NCBI GenBank assembly: GCA_040753015.1
Contig: JBFMHM010000001.1
Span: 82,731-146,730 of the forward strand
DNA length: 64,000 nucleotides
Direction of reading: 5' to 3'
DNA from: Candidatus Omnitrophota bacterium
GTDB lineage: Bacteria > Omnitrophota > Gorgyraeia > Gygaellales > JBFMHM01
A model generated the notes under the pieces. It had not been told where the DNA came from, did no database searches, and saw nothing but the letters and a program-made list of their open reading frames with translations. Made by a program: the position numbers and the translations under genes. Below are positions 9,573-17,527 of the stretch, in pieces. How positions within the stretch are numbered: position 1 is the stretch's first letter; each line of letters begins with the position of its first letter.

Positions 9573-9998
9573 ATGAGAAAACTAATTAAGCATAAGAATG
9601 TTTCAGAATCAACAGATTTAGCAAGTTTAGTTAATAAAATATATGAACAGTTGGTTAGTCTGGAGAAAAAAGTTGATACATTAATCAATCGGTCTTCAGT
9701 TAGCACCCATAATAGCGGTGATCGTTTCCAAAGGGCTAATTCGCATTTTAGGCGCTCTGATCGCTTTCAAGGGGCAAGATATGAGGAAAGACCCAGAGAA
9801 ATAAATTTTACGCAGGCGGTTTGCGCAGAATGTGGTAAAGAATGCGAAGTTCCTTTTAGGCCCACAGGAGATCGTCCAGTATATTGTAGCGATTGTTTTT
9901 CGGTGCGTAATGATTCTGGATCATCTAGAGGAAAATTCAATAATAATAAGAGAAAGGGTTCATTTTTCCGAAGAAGAAAAGAGCACTCTCGATCTTAA
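9573..9998 (+). CDS. zinc-ribbon protein, Arg/Lys-rich (CxxC-x17-CxxC)
   Basis: The start is revised to MRKLIKHKN, with AGGAGG 6 nt upstream; the track ORF begins at 9522. The sequence contains CAECGKECEVPFRPTGDRPVYCSDCF, RFQ/RR repeats and a basic tail. Confidence 0.5.
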   Translation: MRKLIKHKNVSESTDLASLVNKIYEQLVSLEKKVDTLINRSSVSTHNSGDRFQRANSHFRRSDRFQGARYEERPREINFTQAVCAECGKECEVPFRPTGDRPVYCSDCFSVRNDSGSSRGKFNNNKRKGSFFRRRKEHSRS

Positions 9999-10174
9999 TG
10001 TTGCTTGCTTGCTCGCCTCGCGGCGAAGCCGAGGGCCGGCAGGGAGGCAGGTGTTCCCGGAATTCTAGGATTAATAACCCGATGGCAAAGATAAAGCTAG
10101 ATTTGCACAACAAAAACTCCGGCCGAATCTTTGTGCATTTTAGGTTTTAGGCCGTTTTTCGGCCATGTCGAATT

Positions 10175-10340
10175 CTGCTAAGAAAAATATCGAGTGTTTT
10201 ATAGCGAGAAATTTTTCTAGCGATTAGAGTTCGACGAAGTTGCATTTGTAGGGACAGGCCTGTGTGCCTGTCCGAAATGATTGATATTCGGATGATGGAA
10301 TAATTAAGTGTCGTGTCCCCGGAATTAAATTTCCGGAATT
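10175..10340 (+). repeat. 165-nt repeated leader element, copy 2 (hairpin at 10248-10273; inverted CCGGAA-6-TTCCGG at 10319-10336)
   Basis: See copy 1. Tandem TTACCAAACAAA(R)TATAAT modules follow at 10352-10371 and 10409-10427, then AGGAGG and the ATG at 10460. Confidence 0.7.
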
Positions 10341-10459
10341 TCAAAAACCTATTACCAAACAAAAATATAATATCTAATAAATTGTTAGGTAAAAATAACT
10401 TGATTTTTTTACCAAACAAAGTATAATTTTATTAGTTAAATGTTTGGTAAGGAGGATGT

Positions 10460-10774
10460 ATGAGCGTTATTAAGGGTGTATTAAAAGAAGAGCTACAAAA
10501 TTCTCTCGATATGCTGAAGGGATATAAAAGAGAGATAGTCAAAATAAAAGGCTGTCTTGTTAGGAAAAAAGTTGGTAAACATTATTATTACTACTTGGCT
10601 AAGAGGCAAGGAAAAAAGATAAAGTTTACATACAAAGGTCCGATTTCAGAAGAGATAAGAAAAGCCTATACTCAGCAAAGAAAAATGCTTAATAAATATA
10701 AGAAATTATTACTACAGGTTAAAAATCAAATTAAATTTATAAGGAGAGCTCTGCGTGGAAAAGAAACAGCGTGA
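10460..10774 (+). CDS. hypothetical small basic protein, partner of the downstream nucleotidyltransferase-fold protein
   Basis: 104 aa, Lys-rich. It overlaps the next ORF by 20 nt, so the two are translationally coupled. Confidence 0.5.
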   Translation: MSVIKGVLKEELQNSLDMLKGYKREIVKIKGCLVRKKVGKHYYYYLAKRQGKKIKFTYKGPISEEIRKAYTQQRKMLNKYKKLLLQVKNQIKFIRRALRGKETA

Positions 10775-11453
10775 GTTATGCCTTGAAATATTAAGACGGT
10801 TTAATGAATCTGGTATACTTGAAAATTTTATTTTAATCGGTAGCTGGGCTGCATATTTCTATAATGAATATTTTTCAGGTACTTCGTATTTAGATCGCCT
10901 CGCTGTAAAAACCAGAGACATTGATTTCTTAATTGATAATCCTCGAAAAATAAAAAGAGATGTTAATATACCCAAGCTCCTTGAAGATTTAGGTTTTATT
11001 GTTATATATAAAGGCAGCGGAGGATATATAAAATTAGATCACCCTGATTTGCTACTTGAATTTTTATCTCCTGAATTAGGTAAAGGCACAGGCAAGCCAA
11101 TACCTCTACCAAAATTAGGAGTAAATGCTGTTGCGCTAAGATTCTTAAGTTTTTTATCTAGTAATACAATTGAAGTTAAGGTTGAGAATTTCTATGTAAC
11201 TTTACCTCACCCAGCTAATTTTGCCTTACATAAATTGATTATTTTCCAACGTAGGTTTAAAGAAGAAAAAGCGCTAAAAGATAGAAATACTGCGATTGAA
11301 GTTTTAAAAGCTTTGATTAATAAGGGCGAGTCAGATACAATTAAGCAAGTTTTTGATTCAATGCCTAAAAAATGGCAAAACAAAATAGTTAATGGCTTAG
11401 ATAAAAACCAAGATAAGAATATATTAATCATATTGCAAAAAATAATTAAATAA
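10755..11453 (+). CDS. putative minimal nucleotidyltransferase-fold protein
   Basis: LIGSWAAYFY...TRDIDFLID fits the pol-beta superfamily G[SG]x(n)DhD pattern. The assignment is tentative. Confidence 0.4.
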   Translation: MEKKQRELCLEILRRFNESGILENFILIGSWAAYFYNEYFSGTSYLDRLAVKTRDIDFLIDNPRKIKRDVNIPKLLEDLGFIVIYKGSGGYIKLDHPDLLLEFLSPELGKGTGKPIPLPKLGVNAVALRFLSFLSSNTIEVKVENFYVTLPHPANFALHKLIIFQRRFKEEKALKDRNTAIEVLKALINKGESDTIKQVFDSMPKKWQNKIVNGLDKNQDKNILIILQKIIK

Positions 11454-11463
11454 GAGTAAGTCA

Positions 11464-11547
11464 TGCAAATAAAAATTGAAAGATTAAGTTATAATGTGTT
11501 GATAGAATTAATGTTACGCAGAAACGACACTGGATTTCTATGCTAGA
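11464..11547 (+). pseudogene. truncated duplicate of the cupin gene 5' end
   Basis: atgcaaataaaaattga is a 17/17 match to 9092-9108, and attaag follows after 3 mismatches. It translates MQIKIERLSYN... and stops after 27 codons. Confidence 0.4.
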
Positions 11548-11678
11548 GAAAAAAGTGTTGCGTCAATTGCCAGGTAAAGGCCGCAGTGTGCATTACGATT
11601 TAGCCTGGCCAGAGAATAAATCGTGAAGAGGTAAAATTTAGTGTTAAAATAAAGGGGAAATAATTATAGTAGCTGTCC

Positions 11679-11731
11679 CCGGAATTTCCCGGAATTCCTA
11701 GATTGCTGCTTAGTTTTTCAAATGGTATAAT
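11679..11731 (+). promoter_or_regulatory. partial third copy of the leader-element 3' end (tandem CCGGAATT, GGAATTCC) plus extended -10 TGGTATAAT
   Basis: aataattatagtagctgtccccggaatttcccggaattcc parallels the 3' ends of copies 1 and 2. TGGTATAAT lies at 11723-11731, upstream of 11790. Confidence 0.5.
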
Positions 11732-11789
11732 AAAGAAAATTTGCTAGGCTTAATGAAAACAAAAACTTTCTTAAATTGGAAATAAAGTT

Positions 11790-12401
11790 ATGAGTGAAAT
11801 TATTTATATTCTCACAAATGAAGCGATGAGTGGCTATGTAAAAATCGGTAAAACAACCAATAATCTTGAGCAACGGGTTAGAGAATTGAGCGCGTCAACA
11901 AGCGTTCCATTGCCTTTTACGGTTTTTTATGCTTGCACAGTAAAAAATGCTCAATTTGTTGAACATCAACTTCACGATGCTTTTGATGATAATCGTGTCA
12001 ACCCAAAAAGAGAATTTTTCCGAGTCGCTCCAGAACGAGTAGTCGCGGCTCTAAAGCTTGCAGAAATTGAGAATATAACACCAAAGAAAGACTTTGTTGA
12101 ATCTAAGGAAGATCAGGCGGCATTAAATGCCGCAAGAAAAATAAGAAGTAGATTTAACTTCGAAATGGTAAAAATTCCCGTAGGAGCTGAATTGTATTTT
12201 AGTCGCGATGAAAGCAGTAAGGCAAAAGTCATTGATACGCGTACCGCCAATTCTATTGAATTTAACGGAAAAAAAACAAGTCTATCTCGTTCAGCCCAAA
12301 AAATACTCGGCTATCAATACGGTGTATCAGGCACAGATTACTGGATGTATGAAGGCGAGACGCTCGATGAGCGCCGCAGGAGATTTGAAAGCGGAAAATG
12401 A
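11790..12401 (+). CDS. T5orf172/MUG113 (GIY-YIG-like) domain protein
   Basis: The N-terminus IIYILTNEAMSGYVKIGKTTNNLEQRVRELS...PLPFTV...EHQLHDAF matches the T5orf172 domain pattern. Confidence 0.6.
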   Translation: MSEIIYILTNEAMSGYVKIGKTTNNLEQRVRELSASTSVPLPFTVFYACTVKNAQFVEHQLHDAFDDNRVNPKREFFRVAPERVVAALKLAEIENITPKKDFVESKEDQAALNAARKIRSRFNFEMVKIPVGAELYFSRDESSKAKVIDTRTANSIEFNGKKTSLSRSAQKILGYQYGVSGTDYWMYEGETLDERRRRFESGK

Positions 12402-12405
12402 TTTT

Positions 12406-13449
12406 ATGAAAACTAAATCTTTAAATAGAAACTTACACAAAGCAAGCCAAGCCAAAAAAGACGAGTTTTATACTCAACTTGCCGATATTGAAAATGAATT
12501 GAAATATTATAAAGATCAATTCCGCGGTAAAGTAGTTTTTTGCAACTGTGATGATCCTAGAGAAAGTAATTTCGTCAAATATTTCAGCATGAATTTTGAG
12601 CATTTAGGGCTAAAAAAATTGATAGCCACACATTATAAAGAAGCAAATTTATTTTCCCAAGAACCGCCTTATAAATTAGAATACACAGGCGATAAAAATG
12701 GTAATCGCACACCTGATCCAAGTGAGTTTATGACTGAGATGATAGGAACGGGCGATTTTCGTAGCGTGGAGTGTATTGAACTACTCAAAGAAGCGGATAT
12801 TGTTATGACTAATCCGCCATTTTCGCTGTTTCGTGAATATGTTGCACAGCTCGTGAAGTACAAAAAAAAGTTTTTGATTATAGGCAATACAAATTCACTA
12901 ACCTATAAAGAGATTTTTAAGCTAATTAAAGACAACAAGCTCCGTACTGGTTACACGAATTTTAATGTAGGAATGTTTTTTATTGTGCCAGACGATTGGG
13001 AGCATTTTCATCATATCGATGAAGATGGCAAGAAAATTGTGCGTGTCTCAACTTCGTGTTGGTTTACGAATCTTGTAGTTGAGAAGCATAAGCAAGATAT
13101 CACTCTTTATAAGAAATATTCACGTAAAGAATATCCAAAGTACTACAATTATGATGCAATTAACGTAGACAAATATACCGACATACCTTGCGACTATGAC
13201 GGTGCGATTGGTGTACCCATTACTTTCCTTGATAAATATAATCCGGAACAATTTGAGGTTATTGGTTTGGGTATATCTAATTCAGGGATAGAAATTGGAG
13301 TTAAACCATATAAAGAGGAACATAAAAAATACAGAAGAGAAGTTCAAAAAAGAGGTGCAGTTGATGGTGATTTATATATGATTAAAAATGGAATTGTTGA
13401 TGTTCCTTACGCTCGAGTTATTATAAAAAACAAGAAGGTGAAAAAATAA
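12406..13449 (+). CDS. N6-adenine DNA methyltransferase (EcoRI-methylase-like family, NPPF motif)
   Basis: The start is revised to MKTKSLN, 4 nt after the upstream stop; the track ORF begins at 12208 in an overlapping frame. The sequence contains DEFYTQ..., CNCDDPRESNFVKYF and DIVMTNPPF (motif IV). Confidence 0.7.
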   Translation: MKTKSLNRNLHKASQAKKDEFYTQLADIENELKYYKDQFRGKVVFCNCDDPRESNFVKYFSMNFEHLGLKKLIATHYKEANLFSQEPPYKLEYTGDKNGNRTPDPSEFMTEMIGTGDFRSVECIELLKEADIVMTNPPFSLFREYVAQLVKYKKKFLIIGNTNSLTYKEIFKLIKDNKLRTGYTNFNVGMFFIVPDDWEHFHHIDEDGKKIVRVSTSCWFTNLVVEKHKQDITLYKKYSRKEYPKYYNYDAINVDKYTDIPCDYDGAIGVPITFLDKYNPEQFEVIGLGISNSGIEIGVKPYKEEHKKYRREVQKRGAVDGDLYMIKNGIVDVPYARVIIKNKKVKK

Positions 13450-13450
13450 T

Positions 13451-14557
13451 ATGAAAATTGAACTACACAAAATTAAAATTCATAGAGTGATAGCGGGCTA
13501 CAAAGATAGCGCAGAAGAAGGCGTAGTGGCTTATGATGGTAAACTTGATATTCGTCCAAAATATCAGCGTGAATTTGTGTACAAGGAAAAACAACGTAAT
13601 GCCGTAATCGAAACCATCAAAAACAGCTTTCCACTGAATGTGATGTATTGGATGATCAGAGAAGATGGTGGCTACGAAATGCTAGATGGCCAACAGCGCA
13701 CTATCAGTATCGGTCAATATGTGAATGGCGATTTTTCACTGAACGACCGGTTTTTTCATAATCTGACCAAAGAAGAGCAAGATAAAATTTTGGATTATGA
13801 ATTGATGATTTACTTTTGCGAAGGCACGGATAAAGAGCGATTAGACTGGTTCACGGTCATCAATACATATGGGGAAAAAGTGAACGAACAAGAAATTCGC
13901 AACGCGGTTTACACGGGGCCATGGCTCTCGGATGCTAAATTAAAGTTTAGCAAATCAAATTGCGCGGCATATCTTTTGGCAAATGACGGTGGGCAATTGG
14001 TAAACGGTTCGCCGATCCGCCAGGAATACTTAGAAACTGCACTTTCTTGGATAAACGATGGCAAAATAGAAGATTATATGGCCAAGCATCAGCATAAAAA
14101 AAATGCTGATGAATTATGGCAATATTTTCAGGATGCTATTGCATGGACAAGAAAGACGTTTACGCATTACCGCAAGGAAATGAGTAGTGTACAATGGGGC
14201 GAATTGTATAACCAATTCAAAGACAAAAAACTCAACGCCAATAAACTCGAAGCTGAGATTAAAGAGCTAATGCAAGACGAAGATGTTACCAAGAAATCAG
14301 GTATTTATCCATATGTTTTAACGCGGCAAGAAAAACATCTCTCAATACGCGCGTTTAATGACAAAATGAAGCGCGAAGCATACGAAAGGCAAAAAGGTAT
14401 TTGCCCACACTGCAAAAGCGAGAACAAGAAAAAGAAATGGGAAATTGAAGAAATGGAGGCCGACCATATTACCCCTTGGCATGAGGGTGGAAAGACAACC
14501 ACAGAAAATTGTCAAATGTTATGCAAGCAATGCAACCGGACTAAGTCTGGAAAATAA
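13451..14557 (+). CDS. DUF262 (ParB/GmrS-like) - HNH fusion endonuclease
   Basis: The N-terminal DUF262 hallmarks are QREFVY, LDGQQRT and DWFTVINTYGEKVNEQEIRNA. The C-terminal canonical HNH is CPHCKSE...ADHITPWHEGGKTTTENCQMLCKQCNRTK. It starts 1 nt after the methyltransferase stop. Confidence 0.7.
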   Translation: MKIELHKIKIHRVIAGYKDSAEEGVVAYDGKLDIRPKYQREFVYKEKQRNAVIETIKNSFPLNVMYWMIREDGGYEMLDGQQRTISIGQYVNGDFSLNDRFFHNLTKEEQDKILDYELMIYFCEGTDKERLDWFTVINTYGEKVNEQEIRNAVYTGPWLSDAKLKFSKSNCAAYLLANDGGQLVNGSPIRQEYLETALSWINDGKIEDYMAKHQHKKNADELWQYFQDAIAWTRKTFTHYRKEMSSVQWGELYNQFKDKKLNANKLEAEIKELMQDEDVTKKSGIYPYVLTRQEKHLSIRAFNDKMKREAYERQKGICPHCKSENKKKKWEIEEMEADHITPWHEGGKTTTENCQMLCKQCNRTKSGK

Positions 14558-14561
14558 AAGC

Positions 14562-15260
14562 ATGAATTCATTTAAAGGCGTTATCTATACGGTTTTGAAA
14601 AAAATTAAAAATTTGATTATTGGATTTTTAAGATGGGTGCATAGAGTAGCAAAATTTCTAAATAAACACGCAAAGATTAGGTGGCCAGAGACCATGATGG
14701 CTGTGGCTAATATAATTCTTGCAATAGTAACTTGGCGTTATGTCGTTCTTACTAAATACATCGTTCAGCAACAAATAAATCAAACTAACCAACAAAAAGA
14801 GCAATTTGAGTTGGTTAATAGAGCTAAGGTGTGGTTTCAAGGCTTATCAGGAGATATACAAAAAGGAAATTTATTATTTATTAATTCTGGCAATTTGCCA
14901 GCAAAATATTGTAAATTTTTATGGAGAATAGTTAAAGTAGATGGTGAACAAGTTTTACAAGAATTTAAGGAACAAAGTAATATAATCAAAATTGATAGCC
15001 TTGATCAAGAAGAGATTTTTTCACTCCCATATTCTTCGAATTTTAGTCTAAAAGATCAGATTGTTTTTCTTGTTGTCGTATGGAAATATAGTGGAAAAGG
15101 AATAGAAGATTCGACCCCAAAAGAAAAAGTTCTACTATGGAATATTGACCAGAAGCCTAATGCAGCATGGGTTATTCCATCTTCTAGTATGGGCTCGAAT
15201 CATGTAAGCACACTGGATGCTATAAAGAAAGAATTAAGATCTGCTTTAGATAAAGAATAA
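14562..15260 (+). CDS. hypothetical membrane-anchored protein
   Basis: The start is revised to MNSFKG, 4 nt after the HNH stop. One TM helix (MMAVANIILAIVTWRYVVL) is followed by a 150-aa soluble domain. Confidence 0.45.
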   Translation: MNSFKGVIYTVLKKIKNLIIGFLRWVHRVAKFLNKHAKIRWPETMMAVANIILAIVTWRYVVLTKYIVQQQINQTNQQKEQFELVNRAKVWFQGLSGDIQKGNLLFINSGNLPAKYCKFLWRIVKVDGEQVLQEFKEQSNIIKIDSLDQEEIFSLPYSSNFSLKDQIVFLVVVWKYSGKGIEDSTPKEKVLLWNIDQKPNAAWVIPSSSMGSNHVSTLDAIKKELRSALDKE

Positions 15261-15350
15261 GATAACAAGCAATAAGTAAAAAAGTAAAATGGGGGCGTTT
15301 CTAATTTTTAAAAAAATAAACGTCCCAATTTTCTAACACCGTTTTATTTT

Positions 15351-16268
15351 ATGTTTGATCAAGTTAATATTCCAGATGAATTTATTACAGAAAAAATTTC
15401 TTGGGAAGAAATAAAGAAGATCTTTGGTAAATTTAGTGATCAATGGATTTTTCGCGGGCAAAGTAATGATAGCATTCCAGAATCTATTCTTTATCGAAAT
15501 GAAAAATGTCTCAATTACGGCTCCGAAGAAGAAAGAGCTATAAACGATTTTAAAAATGAGATTGATAAGTATCCCGGTGTCGAATGTAGCCCGGTAACAA
15601 AAGTTGATTGGTTATGTTTGATGAGGCATTACGGCTATCCTAGTAGAATTCTAGATTGGACGAGTTGTCCGTACATAGCAACTTTTTTCGCATTTAAAGA
15701 AGATAAAATTAATTCTGGAGCACCTGTTGTTTGGGCTGTAAACAAGGATTGGCTAAAATATTGGGCTATTCGTAGAATAAAAACTATAGAAAAATATATA
15801 AATTGCACAGAAACTGATTTAACAACAGATGAATGTTTCAATGATATATTTATATTTAATAATGATTATTTGAATTTTGTATATCCATTTTTACCGAGTA
15901 GTAATATTTCAAAATCAGGTAGAATCTCTAAACAAAAATCAGTATTTTTGTGCCCAGGAAATCCCATTAGGGATTTTATGACTAACCTATGTTGCGAGTT
16001 TAGTTCACAAAATAATATAAACAGAGAAATATCCGATGGTTTGATTAGTCAATTCACAGATGAAAAAAATAAATATATTTATAAATTACGAATTAATATT
16101 GAAGATAAAGATAAAATCATAAATGATCTGAAAAATAAAAATATAACAGAGCACAGTCTATCTTTAAATCCACATTCTCTTGATGAAGCCGGTAAAAAAT
16201 TTAAAGAAATGGCACTAAAAAGAGACGAATATTGGCGTAATTGGCTATCAGAAGAAATAAATATATGA
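15351..16268 (+). CDS. FRG-domain protein
   Basis: WIFRGQSNDSIPESILYR...DWLCLMRHYGYPSRILDWTSCPYIATFFAF contains the FRG-domain signature motifs. Confidence 0.6.
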   Translation: MFDQVNIPDEFITEKISWEEIKKIFGKFSDQWIFRGQSNDSIPESILYRNEKCLNYGSEEERAINDFKNEIDKYPGVECSPVTKVDWLCLMRHYGYPSRILDWTSCPYIATFFAFKEDKINSGAPVVWAVNKDWLKYWAIRRIKTIEKYINCTETDLTTDECFNDIFIFNNDYLNFVYPFLPSSNISKSGRISKQKSVFLCPGNPIRDFMTNLCCEFSSQNNINREISDGLISQFTDEKNKYIYKLRINIEDKDKIINDLKNKNITEHSLSLNPHSLDEAGKKFKEMALKRDEYWRNWLSEEINI

Positions 16269-16284
16269 GAGAGGCGGGAGACTG

Positions 16285-17037
16285 ATGACCCAATATTATA
16301 ACTCAAAACGAAAATATAATTTGTATACGCCAAACGGCGCGGAGGCGTATAAACTTAGCCGCTCGCAAATTGAGCTTTACATAAATTGCCCAAGATGTTT
16401 TTATCTCGATAGAAAACTTGGTGTGGGAAGACCGCCGGGGTTTCCTTTTGCCTTAAATAGCGCAGTCGATATCCTTCTTAAAAAAGAATTTGACCTATTG
16501 CGGGCAAACGGCGAGGCTCACCCGTTAATGAAAAAATATAAAGTAGATGCAATTCCTGCAAAACACCCTGACCTTGAAGATTGGCGAAATAATCGAAAGG
16601 GAGTGCAATATTTGCATAAGCCGACTAATTTTCTTATTACTGGCGCAATTGACGACTTATGGGAAAACTCCGCTAAAGAATTTATCGTTGTGGATTATAA
16701 GTCTACTGCGAAAGCAGAAGAAATTGTTGAGCTTAAAGAAGACTGGCAAGATTCATATAAACGCCAAATGGAAATATATCAATGGCTTATTCGTCAAAAT
16801 GGGCATAAAGTATCCAACACAGGTTATTTTGTATATTGCAACGGGAAAATAGGCCAAGATAAGTTTGACGGAAAACTTGAATTTGATATTGCGCTAATTG
16901 CACACGTAGGCAAGGACGATTGGATAGAAGGCGTTATTAAGAATATCCACTGCTGCTTGTCTAAAGACGAAATACCGCCTGCTGATAAAAACTGCGACTA
17001 TTGTGCTTATCGTGAATCAGCCAATATGGTTCGTTAA
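16285..17037 (+). CDS. PD-(D/E)XK nuclease, Cas4/RecB-like, with Cys clusters
   Basis: The N-terminus has CPRC and the centre has GAIDDL...VVDYKST (D..D/E.K). The C-terminus carries HCC...CDYC, a possible 4Fe-4S site as in Cas4. Confidence 0.55.
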   Translation: MTQYYNSKRKYNLYTPNGAEAYKLSRSQIELYINCPRCFYLDRKLGVGRPPGFPFALNSAVDILLKKEFDLLRANGEAHPLMKKYKVDAIPAKHPDLEDWRNNRKGVQYLHKPTNFLITGAIDDLWENSAKEFIVVDYKSTAKAEEIVELKEDWQDSYKRQMEIYQWLIRQNGHKVSNTGYFVYCNGKIGQDKFDGKLEFDIALIAHVGKDDWIEGVIKNIHCCLSKDEIPPADKNCDYCAYRESANMVR

Positions 17038-17045
17038 AAGCGATA

Positions 17046-17525
17046 TTGCAAATGAATAAAATCAAAAAATATTTATGTTGGTTGGGTGGTGGCATAGCCA
17101 CTGTTCTTTGGTATATCTTTGCCGAAGGATGGCTTATTTTAATGGTTGACTTATTCGGGTTTTTTGGTTCAACGATAATCGTAACATTAGTTACGGTTAT
17201 TTTATCATGGCTTATTATCTATGCATCTAAAAACTCTAGTAAACTTGATCGCCTGCAGAATTGGTTAGTAGGCAAAGAAGGCGACCTATCTAAAAAAGCG
17301 CAAGCAGCAATGAAAAGCGGTAAGATATTAGTTGTAGCTAATACGGCAATTTTTTTAGGGCCAATGGTTGCTACATTTTTGATGCTTATGATGGGAATCA
17401 AAGCTAAGAAAGTTTATATTTATTCTATTTTTTGTGCTTTACTATGCGCAATTGTCTGGTGCGGGCTTTACTCGGGCATATTTTGGGAAATTCATAAAAT
17501 ATTTCACAAACCACCAATTACATAA
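17046..17525 (+). CDS. hypothetical small membrane protein (3-4 TM helices)
   Basis: 159 aa. It starts 8 nt after the upstream stop and is hydrophobic throughout. Confidence 0.5.
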   Translation: MQMNKIKKYLCWLGGGIATVLWYIFAEGWLILMVDLFGFFGSTIIVTLVTVILSWLIIYASKNSSKLDRLQNWLVGKEGDLSKKAQAAMKSGKILVVANTAIFLGPMVATFLMLMMGIKAKKVYIYSIFCALLCAIVWCGLYSGIFWEIHKIFHKPPIT

Positions 17526-17527
17526 AA

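Noticed and set aside
12208-12405. Upstream extension of the methyltransferase ORF (track start 12208)
   Set aside because: The extension overlaps the T5orf172 gene in another frame. The conserved methyltransferase N-terminus (DEFYTQ) begins right after the ATG at 12406, 4 nt past the upstream stop.
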